From Lepidodermella squamata (lineage: Eukaryota; Animalia; Gastrotricha): 64,000 nt of DNA. The DNA lies in assembly GCA_047495785.1 (NCBI GenBank), contig JBLDXI010000015.1, positions 2,294,001 through 2,358,000 on the forward strand, given 5' to 3'. Numbering within the stretch: position 1 is the first letter of the stretch; each line of letters starts with the position of its first letter. Of the stretch, positions 10,476-21,471 are shown in pieces. Below the pieces are notes generated by a model, which worked only from the letters and a program-made list of their open reading frames with translations, did no database searches and had not been told where the DNA came from. The translations under genes and the position numbers were made by a program.

Positions 10476-12809
10476 ATGATGTTTTCGCTTTCACTGCTAA
10501 CTTCGTTCCTCTTGCATTGTTGTTCAAGCGAAAAGGCTGGAACTCTTCGACTCGTCAGCTTTATCACAAGAACACATGACTACCAAAAAACAAACGGTTC
10601 AGTATGCTTAGCTGCTTACCAAATAGCAGTCGAAGCAGCGAATCAACGATCTGACATCCTGCCAAATCACCGCCTGGAACTTCAAGTTGAAGATGAAGCG
10701 ACAAACGGCTTTGGGGTCATACCATCTGTAGTTCGTGTGATGGAAACAGAGCGTGATAATCCTAGCTATACGAAACCGGTTGCACCAGTTTTCATCGGCC
10801 AACAACAGAACTGCCAATTCTCCGCGCCAGTCATTGGATTCTACAACGCTTTGCACTTCTCTTATGGTTGTGGAACCCTGAACTTGCTTCTACCACGACG
10901 ACGTCATGCCGCCCTCTACCGACCTCAAATGCCTTTGGAAAACAATCTATTCGCCGCGGCAAAATTTATGAAAGAAGTTGGAAAGTGGCGGCAAATCGGA
11001 ATTCTAACTTCAACTAGGCAGGAAGACTACATTTTAGCAAACCGATTCTACCAAATAATTGGCGAGATCGGAGTAAATGTGTCGTCTATTGTCACATCTG
11101 TGGACTTCACAGATTTGGACTTCGCAGCTGAAATGAAAGGCGGAAGCTCTCGAATTTTCTTCGTAGCCTCAACGCAGGCGGTGAATTGTGTTCGAATTTG
11201 GTGCCAGACTTACAAGGCTGGCGTCAGGGCTCCTCAATTCTTATTCATTGCTTCTTTCGTCTGCATTCATTCGCCAGCAACAATCAACCAGCCAGAATGC
11301 TCTGAGCAGGACATTGTTAACAAACAGATGCTAATCACGTTTTGGATAGGGCTTTCAAAGGTTTACGGCAACAACTACGATGGTCGAAGTTCGTTGGGCT
11401 ACAACGCCGCTGAGTTCGAGAAGCGACTCAACGTGGTGATTGGAAGACCGGCCTATCTGGAGCCCGACTATTATACCCGTCTTTTTTGTCAGGACGTAGC
11501 AACTGCAGCGATTCTCACCCTCGATAAAGCTGAGCGAAAACTTGGCAGTATGTACAACATGACGTTGTCAAATTATTGGGGAAACGAAGAGTTGGCGAGA
11601 CCGATTCTCAACCAGTCAGCAATCGAGTTGGACATTGCCACAGTTCGAGTGGGTCGAATAAAATTTTCAAAGAGACTCGAGGTAGATAACGAAAATCAAT
11701 CCATCTCTCAAATGATTAATGGAGATATCAGGCACCTGTACCTCATTATCCCGCAAGATTCTGAAAGTGGCAACGGGAATATATCTACGTTGAAACTTGA
11801 ACCATTTGAAATCCCTAGGAAACTGCCAATTTGGTTTACTCAAACAGGAGAACCTCCAAAAGATTTGTCTGAGATCAAAATTATTCGTATTGAAATATCG
11901 TTAGCTGCTAGAAATGTTTTCATCACCGTTACATGTATCTCAATGTTCTTGAAAGCTATCGTTTCGATTTATACCTGCCAGAAATACCTAAAATCGGTCG
12001 TCAAACTTTCGGGAGAAGTCCCCTTTTTTGATATTGGCACAGCTATCACCGTTTGTGTCGGGTGTCTACTCCTCGATTTGGGTGTCATTTCGCAAATTCT
12101 TTTCAATTCAGCCTGCTCTTGGATTGTCATATTTCCTGTAATTGGATTCAATGTCATTAATTCCACGATCAACTCTCGGGCGCTAACCCTCGCAAAAATA
12201 CTCGAAAAGAAACGAACCCCTGGATCAGCAACAGCAAAACTTCAAACAATGAAAAATTTGAAAAAGCTGAAGCTGAAAACGAGGAAGCGAGTTAAACAAC
12301 AAGATAAAGCTCTAATTCTATCAAAACACGCCATTTACTCCGCTATCGGCGTATTCGTCGTTTCCGTTATCTTATTGATACTATGGCTAGTTGTAATTGA
12401 TCCCATTCGGGTTCGCACAGAGAAATCTCCAGTAACTTTCGACCCCGATTCTGATGAATATTTCGCCACTGTAACTGATCTGTGCTACAGTAGCTCTTTC
12501 TCAGCATGGTCGGCCGCTTTTGCAATTCTCAATTTTCTCAGATTAGCTGCTGGAGCAATCGGTTTCTTATCGGTTAACGGGCTAATCGTGCCTCTACGAT
12601 ACAAGCTTGACGTTTTTGTCCTTAAGATAGCCGTCATGAATGCGACGGCTATTTTTGGTGGTGGAATTCTGACTATCCTGTCCATGAATCAATGGTTCGA
12701 TCAAATCATTGTATTGGCAGCAGGTGAAATGTTATTCTCTGTTTCGACATTCGTCGTCTTTTTCTACCCGGTTTTTTCGCGAAAATGGTTGGTGCCACTG
12801 CCGCAGTAA
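10476..12809 (+). CDS. Class C GPCR, GABA-B-receptor-like (Venus flytrap + 7TM), intact and intronless
   Basis: Signal peptide; N-terminal AVEAANQRSDILPNHRLEL typical of the ANF-receptor/GABA-B flytrap; PPKD linker without a Cys-rich domain; seven hydrophobic segments with W...DP and an ECL2 Cys. Confidence 0.88.
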   Translation: MMFSLSLLTSFLLHCCSSEKAGTLRLVSFITRTHDYQKTNGSVCLAAYQIAVEAANQRSDILPNHRLELQVEDEATNGFGVIPSVVRVMETERDNPSYTKPVAPVFIGQQQNCQFSAPVIGFYNALHFSYGCGTLNLLLPRRRHAALYRPQMPLENNLFAAAKFMKEVGKWRQIGILTSTRQEDYILANRFYQIIGEIGVNVSSIVTSVDFTDLDFAAEMKGGSSRIFFVASTQAVNCVRIWCQTYKAGVRAPQFLFIASFVCIHSPATINQPECSEQDIVNKQMLITFWIGLSKVYGNNYDGRSSLGYNAAEFEKRLNVVIGRPAYLEPDYYTRLFCQDVATAAILTLDKAERKLGSMYNMTLSNYWGNEELARPILNQSAIELDIATVRVGRIKFSKRLEVDNENQSISQMINGDIRHLYLIIPQDSESGNGNISTLKLEPFEIPRKLPIWFTQTGEPPKDLSEIKIIRIEISLAARNVFITVTCISMFLKAIVSIYTCQKYLKSVVKLSGEVPFFDIGTAITVCVGCLLLDLGVISQILFNSACSWIVIFPVIGFNVINSTINSRALTLAKILEKKRTPGSATAKLQTMKNLKKLKLKTRKRVKQQDKALILSKHAIYSAIGVFVVSVILLILWLVVIDPIRVRTEKSPVTFDPDSDEYFATVTDLCYSSSFSAWSAAFAILNFLRLAAGAIGFLSVNGLIVPLRYKLDVFVLKIAVMNATAIFGGGILTILSMNQWFDQIIVLAAGEMLFSVSTFVVFFYPVFSRKWLVPLPQ

Positions 12810-12902
12810 AACCTAACAAGAAGTGTTTGTATTTGAATTCAATTTTTATTCTTCAAAAATTATGGCATAATAAAAACAGCAGCAATCCCTGCATAGTTTG
12901 AT

Positions 12903-15900
12903 TCACAGGTGGAACTCATGCTCAGACTCGGATGCAGCTGGGTCTGTAGAAAATTGCACCTCCCCTTTAACGATAACATTGATTTGATTTGCCGATCCCT
13001 CACTTTCGTCCCGGGGGCTGTCGTCCGCGTCCGGCTCCGTTCGCTCTGTTTCTATCGGTTCGACTTGGTTGTGGGCCAGTCTTTTCCGAATACTGCTACC
13101 TTGCCTAGAAAATCCTACGGCTTCACTTTTCATGGTCGTTTGAGAATTATTCCTGCGGAACGATGTCGTCGATGGCCGTCTTGATTCTTCAGCCAGCGTC
13201 ATCAAGTCACAAGAGGCAGTATCGTCCGTTTCCTGAGCCTCCAACAGCGTTCGAGCAGCTTTTGCATACTGATCGTCGTCCCCGCAGATATCGAAGCCAC
13301 TCGGAGCCGACGGATCACTCGAGGGCCTAGAGCTCTAGCGGAAGATTCTTCAACCTCAGCGTGTTCGACATTTATAGTTGGAATTTTAGGGAAAGAACTT
13401 TCGCCAACAGGAGAGGAAGACAAGACCGACCTCCCACCAACGTCACTCAACCTTCGCTCACTGGAAATTTGGCGGGAATGGAATCGTGATTCAAATTCAC
13501 GCATTATGCTCAGAACTGCATTTTGGCGATGTACAATTTGTTCAACAGCAATTTGTACCGCTTCCATTCGCTCAGCAGCAGACCTCATTTGTTCTTCCGG
13601 TTTGGCAGTTATAGCATCCCGCGCCTCGAGTAATTCATCGCGAGCTTGCTCTTCAAAATCGTGTAATGACGCTATGTTCTGTTCGCTTAGCACCACCTTC
13701 AAAAGACCAGGATCGCGAATTTTAAGGCGGCCGCGAAATCTTTTGATGAAATAACGAACTAACAGGTAAATATGCGATATTATAATGAAAGGCGGCGGGA
13801 GGGTTGGTAACATCTGATAGTCGACAATTAGCCGATATCGCTGGAACCGGGTTAACGCCCTGGAAGTCGAGCTAATTCGATCGAATAGGGAATTGAAAAT
13901 TGCGACCAGAAGGTTCAGCATCAAAACGTTTGCGATGATCAGATAGATTGCTTGGGCGACATTTCCTAACCAAGTGCAGCACCAGCACGGAGGTTTGTCA
14001 CGACTGGTCGAGTTTCGGAATTCTGAATCACATTGCCTGGTATCGATGTATTCGTGATAGACTTCGCCGTATAAATGAATGTAAGGTTCGATCCAAATTT
14101 CCTTCAATATATCCCACTCGGGGTTCCGCCACGGAAATCGCGTGGCATTCATGACGATCCCATACATTGCAATAGCGACGAGGAGGATCACTATGAAACT
14201 CATCATCTCCTTCAACATTTTTTGGATAATCATGATGTAAACTGCCAATGAAGTGTTAACTTGAAATATGTCGAACATGTGGAATAGGTGGAAGACGATG
14301 GCAACGATCCAGAATGCGCGACCAGCTTCGAACGACTCTTCAGTCCATCGCATGGTAAGGCCTATGATGAACAATGCTGTCCCGATGCCATCAAAAAGGT
14401 TCCACATATCGTCGTAGTAAATTTCAAGTCGCGACCTCATGGAGTGAGCGTCTATTGCAACAATTTCTCGGAATTTGTCGATCAGCATCGTGAAAATGTA
14501 GCAATAAACGTAGATTTCAGGCCATTGAGCGTATGTTAGGAAGGATTCGGTCAGAATCGTGTAAGAATAACAGCAGATGAAGAAAATATAGGCAATCGCA
14601 TGGAGCCAGAATTTTGTAACCGGAGCGTTGTAGAACTCATCGAGGCGAGTTCGAAATGACAAAGGTGTACCAAATGACCTGCTCATCTCCATTTCGCCCT
14701 GCATTCGTGGCCTGTTCACCAAACTATTGAATGAAGTTGTCGACTCAAAGTTCTCATGTTGCGGTGACGGAGATCTTGCTGGCAAGTGAAATTCCTGATG
14801 TTTCATAGCGAAGGTTACGTTAGGAGTGTGCTCATCCAAAGTCCGTAGCTTGTAATCAGACTGGGCAGGAACAGCCGAGCTCACACTTGGTATAGTTTCA
14901 ACTGCCGTTGACAAACGAGGCTTATGGGAGTTTCGAAAACTGCTGTTAGAAGCCGAGCTGCGGCTTTTAGAAACTCTAGGGTGGCCATCTTCAGTTTCAT
15001 TGTTCGGGGAAGTTGTACCGCTCGAGCTGCTTCCTGTACTCATACCTTGCAGCCTTTCTTCTATCTCAGCCTCAGTCTGGGGCTGTAAGAAAAGCTCTTC
15101 CTGCGTCAGGTAATCCAAGCCGAAAACCGCATAAGGAGGGAAGATTAGGCCGAGTAAGATTTTCCAGGGTCTTGTTGACCTGGTTCGCAAACCACCCATC
15201 CATAAGACATCGAGTAGACTCTGGCAGCAAGGATGAGCGACCAACATTTTATGCCCGGCAGCCACGGCGATGCTCAAGCAAGTTTTCTCGCTGAAATTGT
15301 TGAGTTCATAAGTTAATAATTGCTGTCCCATAACTTCATCGATTTGGCGGCACTTCTCCAACAGCTCGACCGCTAGTTTCGCAAACTCCCGGCCGTTTGA
15401 CTTGATCTCACTCAACGTTTCAGGGGATGCGTCGTATTTCAGGAAATCGCCCAAGCTCCGGTATAAACGGCAGGCTACCAGGCATTTCGCAAGCATTTCT
15501 TCGCCATTAGTACACATAAGCTTAGCCATATTGTGCCGCCGCATTAAAATTGCCCAGATAAGAAGCTCCGAAAACGGATAGCGAAATCGATCAGGATCTT
15601 CGCCAGGAATCGCAGGGGGTGGACTGTTAGTCCCAAAGAATATTTTCTAAAAATCAGAAGAATTTTCAAAAGGTTAGGGATATAGGAAATACGAAGCATG
15701 GTTTAGTTTCTAACTAGAACAAGTCTCACACATGAGCTACCAGGTGGGAAATTGGGGCATCACGGTTACCATGATTTTTGACGTAATCCAAGAGCATGGC
15801 TTCTCCTGAAATCGATTTATATGAAGAGCACTGTTAAGTATATTCGGACACCCCCTATTTTGTTCCACTAAAGCATTTCAGACCCATGCTAATATTTGCT

Positions 15901-18900
15901 CGGGAATGTTTACTCAGTATGCCTACCTTTAGAAACTTTGAGTTGCTGAATTTTGAGTTCTGCCGATCAAACTGCTTACGGGCTCTAATTCGGTAATTAG
16001 ATCGGTAACCGAACCCCATGAGTGCATCAATTGTCGCACCAACATCCGGCAGCGTAATTCGTCCAGTAATCGCCCGTTTCGCCAGCAAACGCGTCAAATC
16101 ATGCAGCAGCCATGCATCACTGTGCTTGATGTTGTACAGCTGCTCAAGACGTTGATAAGTCACCACCTCCGACATATTGATTCCCTGTTGTAGTAGGAGT
16201 TTAACAAATTCGATGCGGTCAGTCACCAGAGCTTCAATCATAGTGTCGTTCAACGCGCCTTCAGGCCAGGATTGGCCATCAGTGAAAATTTCCTTCGTCG
16301 CCAAGTCGACTCGATTCCAAGCTAACGCCAAACGGAGCTGCTCATTCGGCGATCGCTGAGTGGCTCGAAGTAACGCAGACAAGACGCAAACGTCGAGTTC
16401 GTCCGTTGACCGATTCGCGCGATCATGGTGGTCACGTTGGTGATGAGCCACGCCATCAGGCGCCGACCAAATCGTCACCAATTTCCGCCGTTTCGTGCAC
16501 AAAATCAATTCGTTTAATGTCGCTTTGTTGCGATGTTGGGAATTTCCGAAGCACTGCTGGATATGGACGGCCAACAAGCCCATGTCAGATTCATCTAACA
16601 TGTTGTTGCCTGATCCATGGCTGTCCTGGTTATTCGCGTCATTAAGATGCATAGCCAAGCTCATCAAATCGCAGGCTCGACCACTATCCGCGACTACTAC
16701 AACCGGTTTCATGTCGGTAAGGTAGTCCACGGCGAGTCTAATGCAGTGAGCGCCACCTTCCACGAAAACCGAAACAAGAGGAGCTGTTACAAGCGATCCT
16801 TGCCTGAAAAAATACTAAGAAAACTTGTTCAGCCAAATTAAAAAGTACTAACGAGACTGATAAGCGAGATGCAGAGGAAATTGCGGATTCAAAGTCCTGC
16901 CTCCACTTGACTTCTTGTCCATACTTCCCAACCGAACCATCATCGACCAGGAGGAAAAATGAATGATTTGGGTTTAGAACCGTGGCACCGGACGCAGTTT
17001 GGGGTGGGTAGTAATGGACGTTCCCATTTCGAACTGTAAGTCGATGCCGCCCGGCTACAACACCCCACGGTGCGATTCCTATCACAACAGCTCGGCTACG
17101 TCGTAGAACTCCGGCCGTCAAAGCGTCACCAACTTGTTTAGCTACTCCGATGTTCAACCCAGTTGTGATGATCCAGCAACCAGGTACAGCTGCCATGCGT
17201 TGTAGAGATTTGCGGAAGGCTCGTTTCACCCGTTGGGGTAGGTCGAAGTTGTGCATGCCGCCGTGGATAGTGATGATGAGTTTTGGCGGGTCGGCTCCCC
17301 AGTGTTCGACCATGAGGTCGACAACGTCCTGTGGCCGCGCGTGAGGGCTCATGCGGATAAATTGGGCGTGAACTCCGGTGCCGAATTCGACAGTGCCGAA
17401 TGAGTCGGTTGGGAACGAGACGGTGTGCCGTTTCCATGACCATGTGCCGATAGGCCAATGCACCATAGGGTCGTGGGCTGATTTGTCGCGACCACATCCA
17501 CATCTAGAAAAATTGTGAGAATTGTCAGAAAATATTCCGAAAGCTGAAGTAAATTAAAGAAGTTGCAATCTGATTACGACAAAGCATTTTGAGATGTAAA
17601 AATTGATACTAAATTAATTTTGCTGATTTTAATACCAAAAGTTAAAGAGGAAAAATGTCCTATAGGTATTTTAGAATTTGTTGACGAGCTTGAGAATTTT
17701 TGCTCAGTAGTCGTTTCCAATTTCAAAAATTGAATTTGCTCAGTTGACGTTTACGCAAATGTCGGCATATGTTTAATTCAACTCTTAGAAAATTCCAAAT
17801 TGGTGCAAGAAAAATTGAGCAAATTCAGCCTAATCTTGCAAAAACATTTCAGGAATTTTCTAAAAATTAGAATGGATAATTTTGCTTACATTTCGGGCTT
17901 GTTGATATCAGCCATAAATTGCATGCATTCACATTTCTGAAAATTAGCCTCAATCCAGGTCGGCGAGCTAGCCTGTAATTTTTACAAATAATAATTTTTT
18001 TAAATATTTTTGAAAAATAGCTAAGAGGGCTGTGATCGTACATAAATAAGATTTATAACAACATTATAATGACCTTATAGTGTGACACAGAAAAAAAATC
18101 TATCGTACACTTTTTATTGTTGGTGCTATATTATTGCCTATTCTGCCTATTCTGCTGCTTCAATTGCATTCTTTACTACAGTCATTATCACTAGTTTCAG
18201 CAGATCGTTTTCGATAAACCGGTAAATCGAATCACGAGTTTCAAAATATATGATAGATTGAGTGTTATCATTCAATTTCATCGCACACCTGTTACCTTTT
18301 AACTGGTATCTAACAGCTTTCTTAGCAGATTAAGAAGCTATAGAAGCTGGCATTACCCCTGAGAAATATTTTTCTCCTTTGACAAATTCCACAATCATTC
18401 GATGACTTGAAATCTAGCTATTGCATCATTCGAAATGGCAGCTTTTACGAGGCACTTCAATATTATGCCAAATAAGGCGCGAGAGGGTAAATTTTTCAAG
18501 CTGGGGAAAACTCGTTTGTGATTAAAATCACAAAAGAAAGGCATCAGCATACAGGTAGTTTGTGACACGAAAAATGCGGCTATTGGCGGATTGAAAATCG
18601 AGTTAGCTTTTGGTAGTTTTTGTATCACGATTATTTTCTTGAGAAAAATGGTAAAAACTAGCTTTCCAGATTCAGCAAAAGAATTGGAACATCGTCTTGA
18701 GGCCATTGGCTATGCAGACCGCTAGGGCAGTGTTTCATCTCTGCGCGCAATGTAAAAATTTATGAATGAAGGAAATGACCCAAATGACGTGAATAACGTA
18801 AGAGAATATTAGAACTCAAACAGCAGCAAAAAATCACAGTATTTTTTTGCTGCACATAAAACTTAGCGCGAGCGATTTATATTAGCGTTATAAGCAAAAA

Positions 18901-19007
18901 ATAAATTTATAACAAATTTATTACTCTTTCGATCACAGCCCTCTAAAAAAGATTAGTACCGGTATGGCACCGTAAACGGTGGAACGCCGCATTTGTTTGA
19001 AGAACAT
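12903..19007 (-). CDS. TRPM cation channel (TRPM1/3/6/7-like, no enzyme domain); exons 19007-18960, 17972-17890, 17503-16853, 16803-15927, 15646-~13200, C-tail to 12903 in a shifted frame
   Basis: WIEANFQKCEC..CGCGR N-terminus; MHR motifs (PKLIITIHGG, IGIAPWG, LNPNHSFFLLVDDG, LALAWNRVDLA); APVTKFW; pore PYIHLYGEV; NLLVAIFN; TRP box FQRY; LPPPF. All introns are GT-AG and phase-compatible. Confidence 0.93.
18025..18943. mobile_element. Non-autonomous PIF/Harbinger-like DNA transposon in TRPM intron 1
   Basis: TIR GAGGGCTGTGATCG...CGATCACAGCCCTC flanked by a TAA duplication (18022-18024, 18944-18946). Confidence 0.75.
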
Positions 19008-19840
19008 GACCGGCTGCTCAACTCAACAAATTGTTTTATCGCAACAACCTTTCAACCCATAACTGGAAACGGCAATTGCTAAAAATCTAAAGCCTAGAAA
19101 AATTCGAAAAAAAATTAAGCACTATTATGAGCTGAAATAGAGGGCAGGTAGTAAAGTCATTTTCATTGTTAGAATAATATTAAAATTATATTTGGGAGAC
19201 TTCTCACCTTAACGCTGTATAAAATGACGGAATAACTTGCTGAAAGTGCACGTGTTCAGTTGTATTACGATTCATATAGCACACAACAATAGCCGGTAGT
19301 AGTTGCGTTATATGTACGCAGAATACCACACATACCTAAAAGCAGAAAATTACGGCTGTACTATACGAGGCAACAACACTTAGCATTACCACGCTGCGCA
19401 TGGCCCATTTGTGAGTTATTAATGCTGCGGCAGTTATTGTCGTCATTTCAGTACTATGGCATTAACGAGACGAGTCACATGAGATGAGCCGCGCGCGCGG
19501 AGGATGACCCGGCTTTTGAACTACTACTATCATACACCGACCGCACTCGCGCTTAAGAAAGCCCTAGTCTGTTCTGTGTACAAGTATACTCGACGACTGG
19601 GTATGACGTCAAACCGGGCTCATTACTACAACACCACCACCACCGCCAACAACAGTACTCGGCCGTAAACAATGAATAAATAATAACACAGCCGGCGTGT
19701 GGATAAATAGGAATTAGCATCGATGCGTGAAAAAAGGTAACAGGTAATAATAAGCGAGACAAAAAGGCGATAAAAAAGAGTAGTAAGCGATAACTTGCGC
19801 CACGCGTAATCCGATAAAAATTCGATTATTTACCACAAGC

Positions 19841-19914
19841 GCCTCCTTGGCTCAGTTGGCTAGAGCGCCAGTCTCATAATCTGGAGGTCGTGAGTTCGAT
19901 CCTCACAGGGGGCA
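19841..19914 (+). tRNA. tRNA-Met (CAT), elongator
   Basis: Cloverleaf GCCTCCT...AGGGGGCA, anticodon loop CTCATAA, TTCGATCC, downstream T-run. Confidence 0.95.
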
Positions 19915-20382
19915 GCTACATGTTTTTTTTGCGTGGCATCAAAATAAATCACACAAGTTGAAAAAAATGTCCATGTCCCTTAATTGACTCAAATTACATG
20001 ACATGCGCCTGTTTATTTTTTAATATTTTTTAATATTATTGATACCACTATTGCCGAGAAAAAAATTGCCCATCTCAAGTCTTTACGCTAAGTTAATATT
20101 TTCATGTTGACAAATCAGCTTTTCGATGTCCTCACGCACAAAAAATTTCAACGATGATGATAAGATTTCAAGTTTTACCTCAGTAGAAATAAAAAACGCG
20201 CCAGAAAATGAAAATCACAGCGAGAAATACCGACGAAGATCGACGAAATATCGGGTCTCTGTACACAAAAATATATGCTAATAAAATGTCGAGGTCATGT
20301 ACACATAGGTATCAAATAATGTGCTAATAAGATGTTGTGGTCAAATTGGTCTTTCCCTGAAATTTAGGAAGAGAGCCCTTAT

Positions 20383-20698
20383 TTTATCGGAACCGAATTT
20401 ACGGTGATTGGAACCTAATTTGCTTTAGCGGAACCAGATTTCGGAATTTTCTAGGGGCCTGAAATAACCCTTCGGATGTTTCTTGGGTAACATGATTTAC
20501 CACAATAATTAAAAACCACCATTAAATTCAGCGTGACATTTTCCATGAGACTGAGTGTTCAATTCAGAACTCCTGCTTCGCTTGAAATTCGTAGAATTAT
20601 ACAAAAAGTGCGACTTCCGGCAAAATTCGAACAATAAAAGGTTCCGCAACTTGCAAATTTGGTTCCGCTACAGCACATTTGGTTCGACTAAGAGATAA
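20383..20698. mobile_element. MITE-like element with inverted GGAACC/GGTTCC repeats
   Basis: Three GGAACC motifs at the left end mirrored by GGTTCC motifs at the right; second copy at 8304-8585. Confidence 0.6.
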
Positions 20699-21471
20699 TC
20701 TGTTTAGGAAAATTGTCATTGATAATCTTGAAAATGACTGAACAATTCTGAAAATAATCGAAAAATTAAATTCCAGGGCGGTGATATTTTACCAATTTTT
20801 GTGAAAATAAATGATAATTTTCCGTATTTCTCGAAAATTCATAAGAAATTGATTTATTACCTACCGTTTTCTCTTAAATCTGATGAAGATTAATTATTTT
20901 CATCACCCTCACCTATAATAGTTATTAATTGATTATTGCGAAAACGCGGCGCTTATTTGAGAGATAACTTGCCAATATTGGTTTTTGGAATCGAATAAAT
21001 CGCCAATCAATGATTTTTTTTTTACTTCGAATGTTTCGTCGAGTTTCGAAATGTATATTACCGATTTTGCCGTCAGTGGGTTTATTATTTCAATGGATAT
21101 CTGCTCCTTTAGAATAAAATTAAACGAGTAAATTATCAAATATTAAATCCTGGAGTGACAGACACAAAAGAAAAGCGTCTCTTGACTCCAGACGCCTGCC
21201 TCATCAAACGGCGCATTGTAAAACGCTCTAATATCAGAGTACCACTCGCGCGCACACACATACTCGACTCATCTGCATACTTGCTGAAATTTTCTTACAG
21301 TTTTGAAAACGTCTTGTTTCGCCGATTCCGCCAAGCCGTTTAAATTAGGCTCATAATACCTGGCAGCATGAATAATAAACTGCAAGACGTATTTGCTACG
21401 AAGTGACATCGCATTTTATAATTGGCACCACAATTTACCGGTAAATGTAACCATCATCAGTATAGCAGGAT

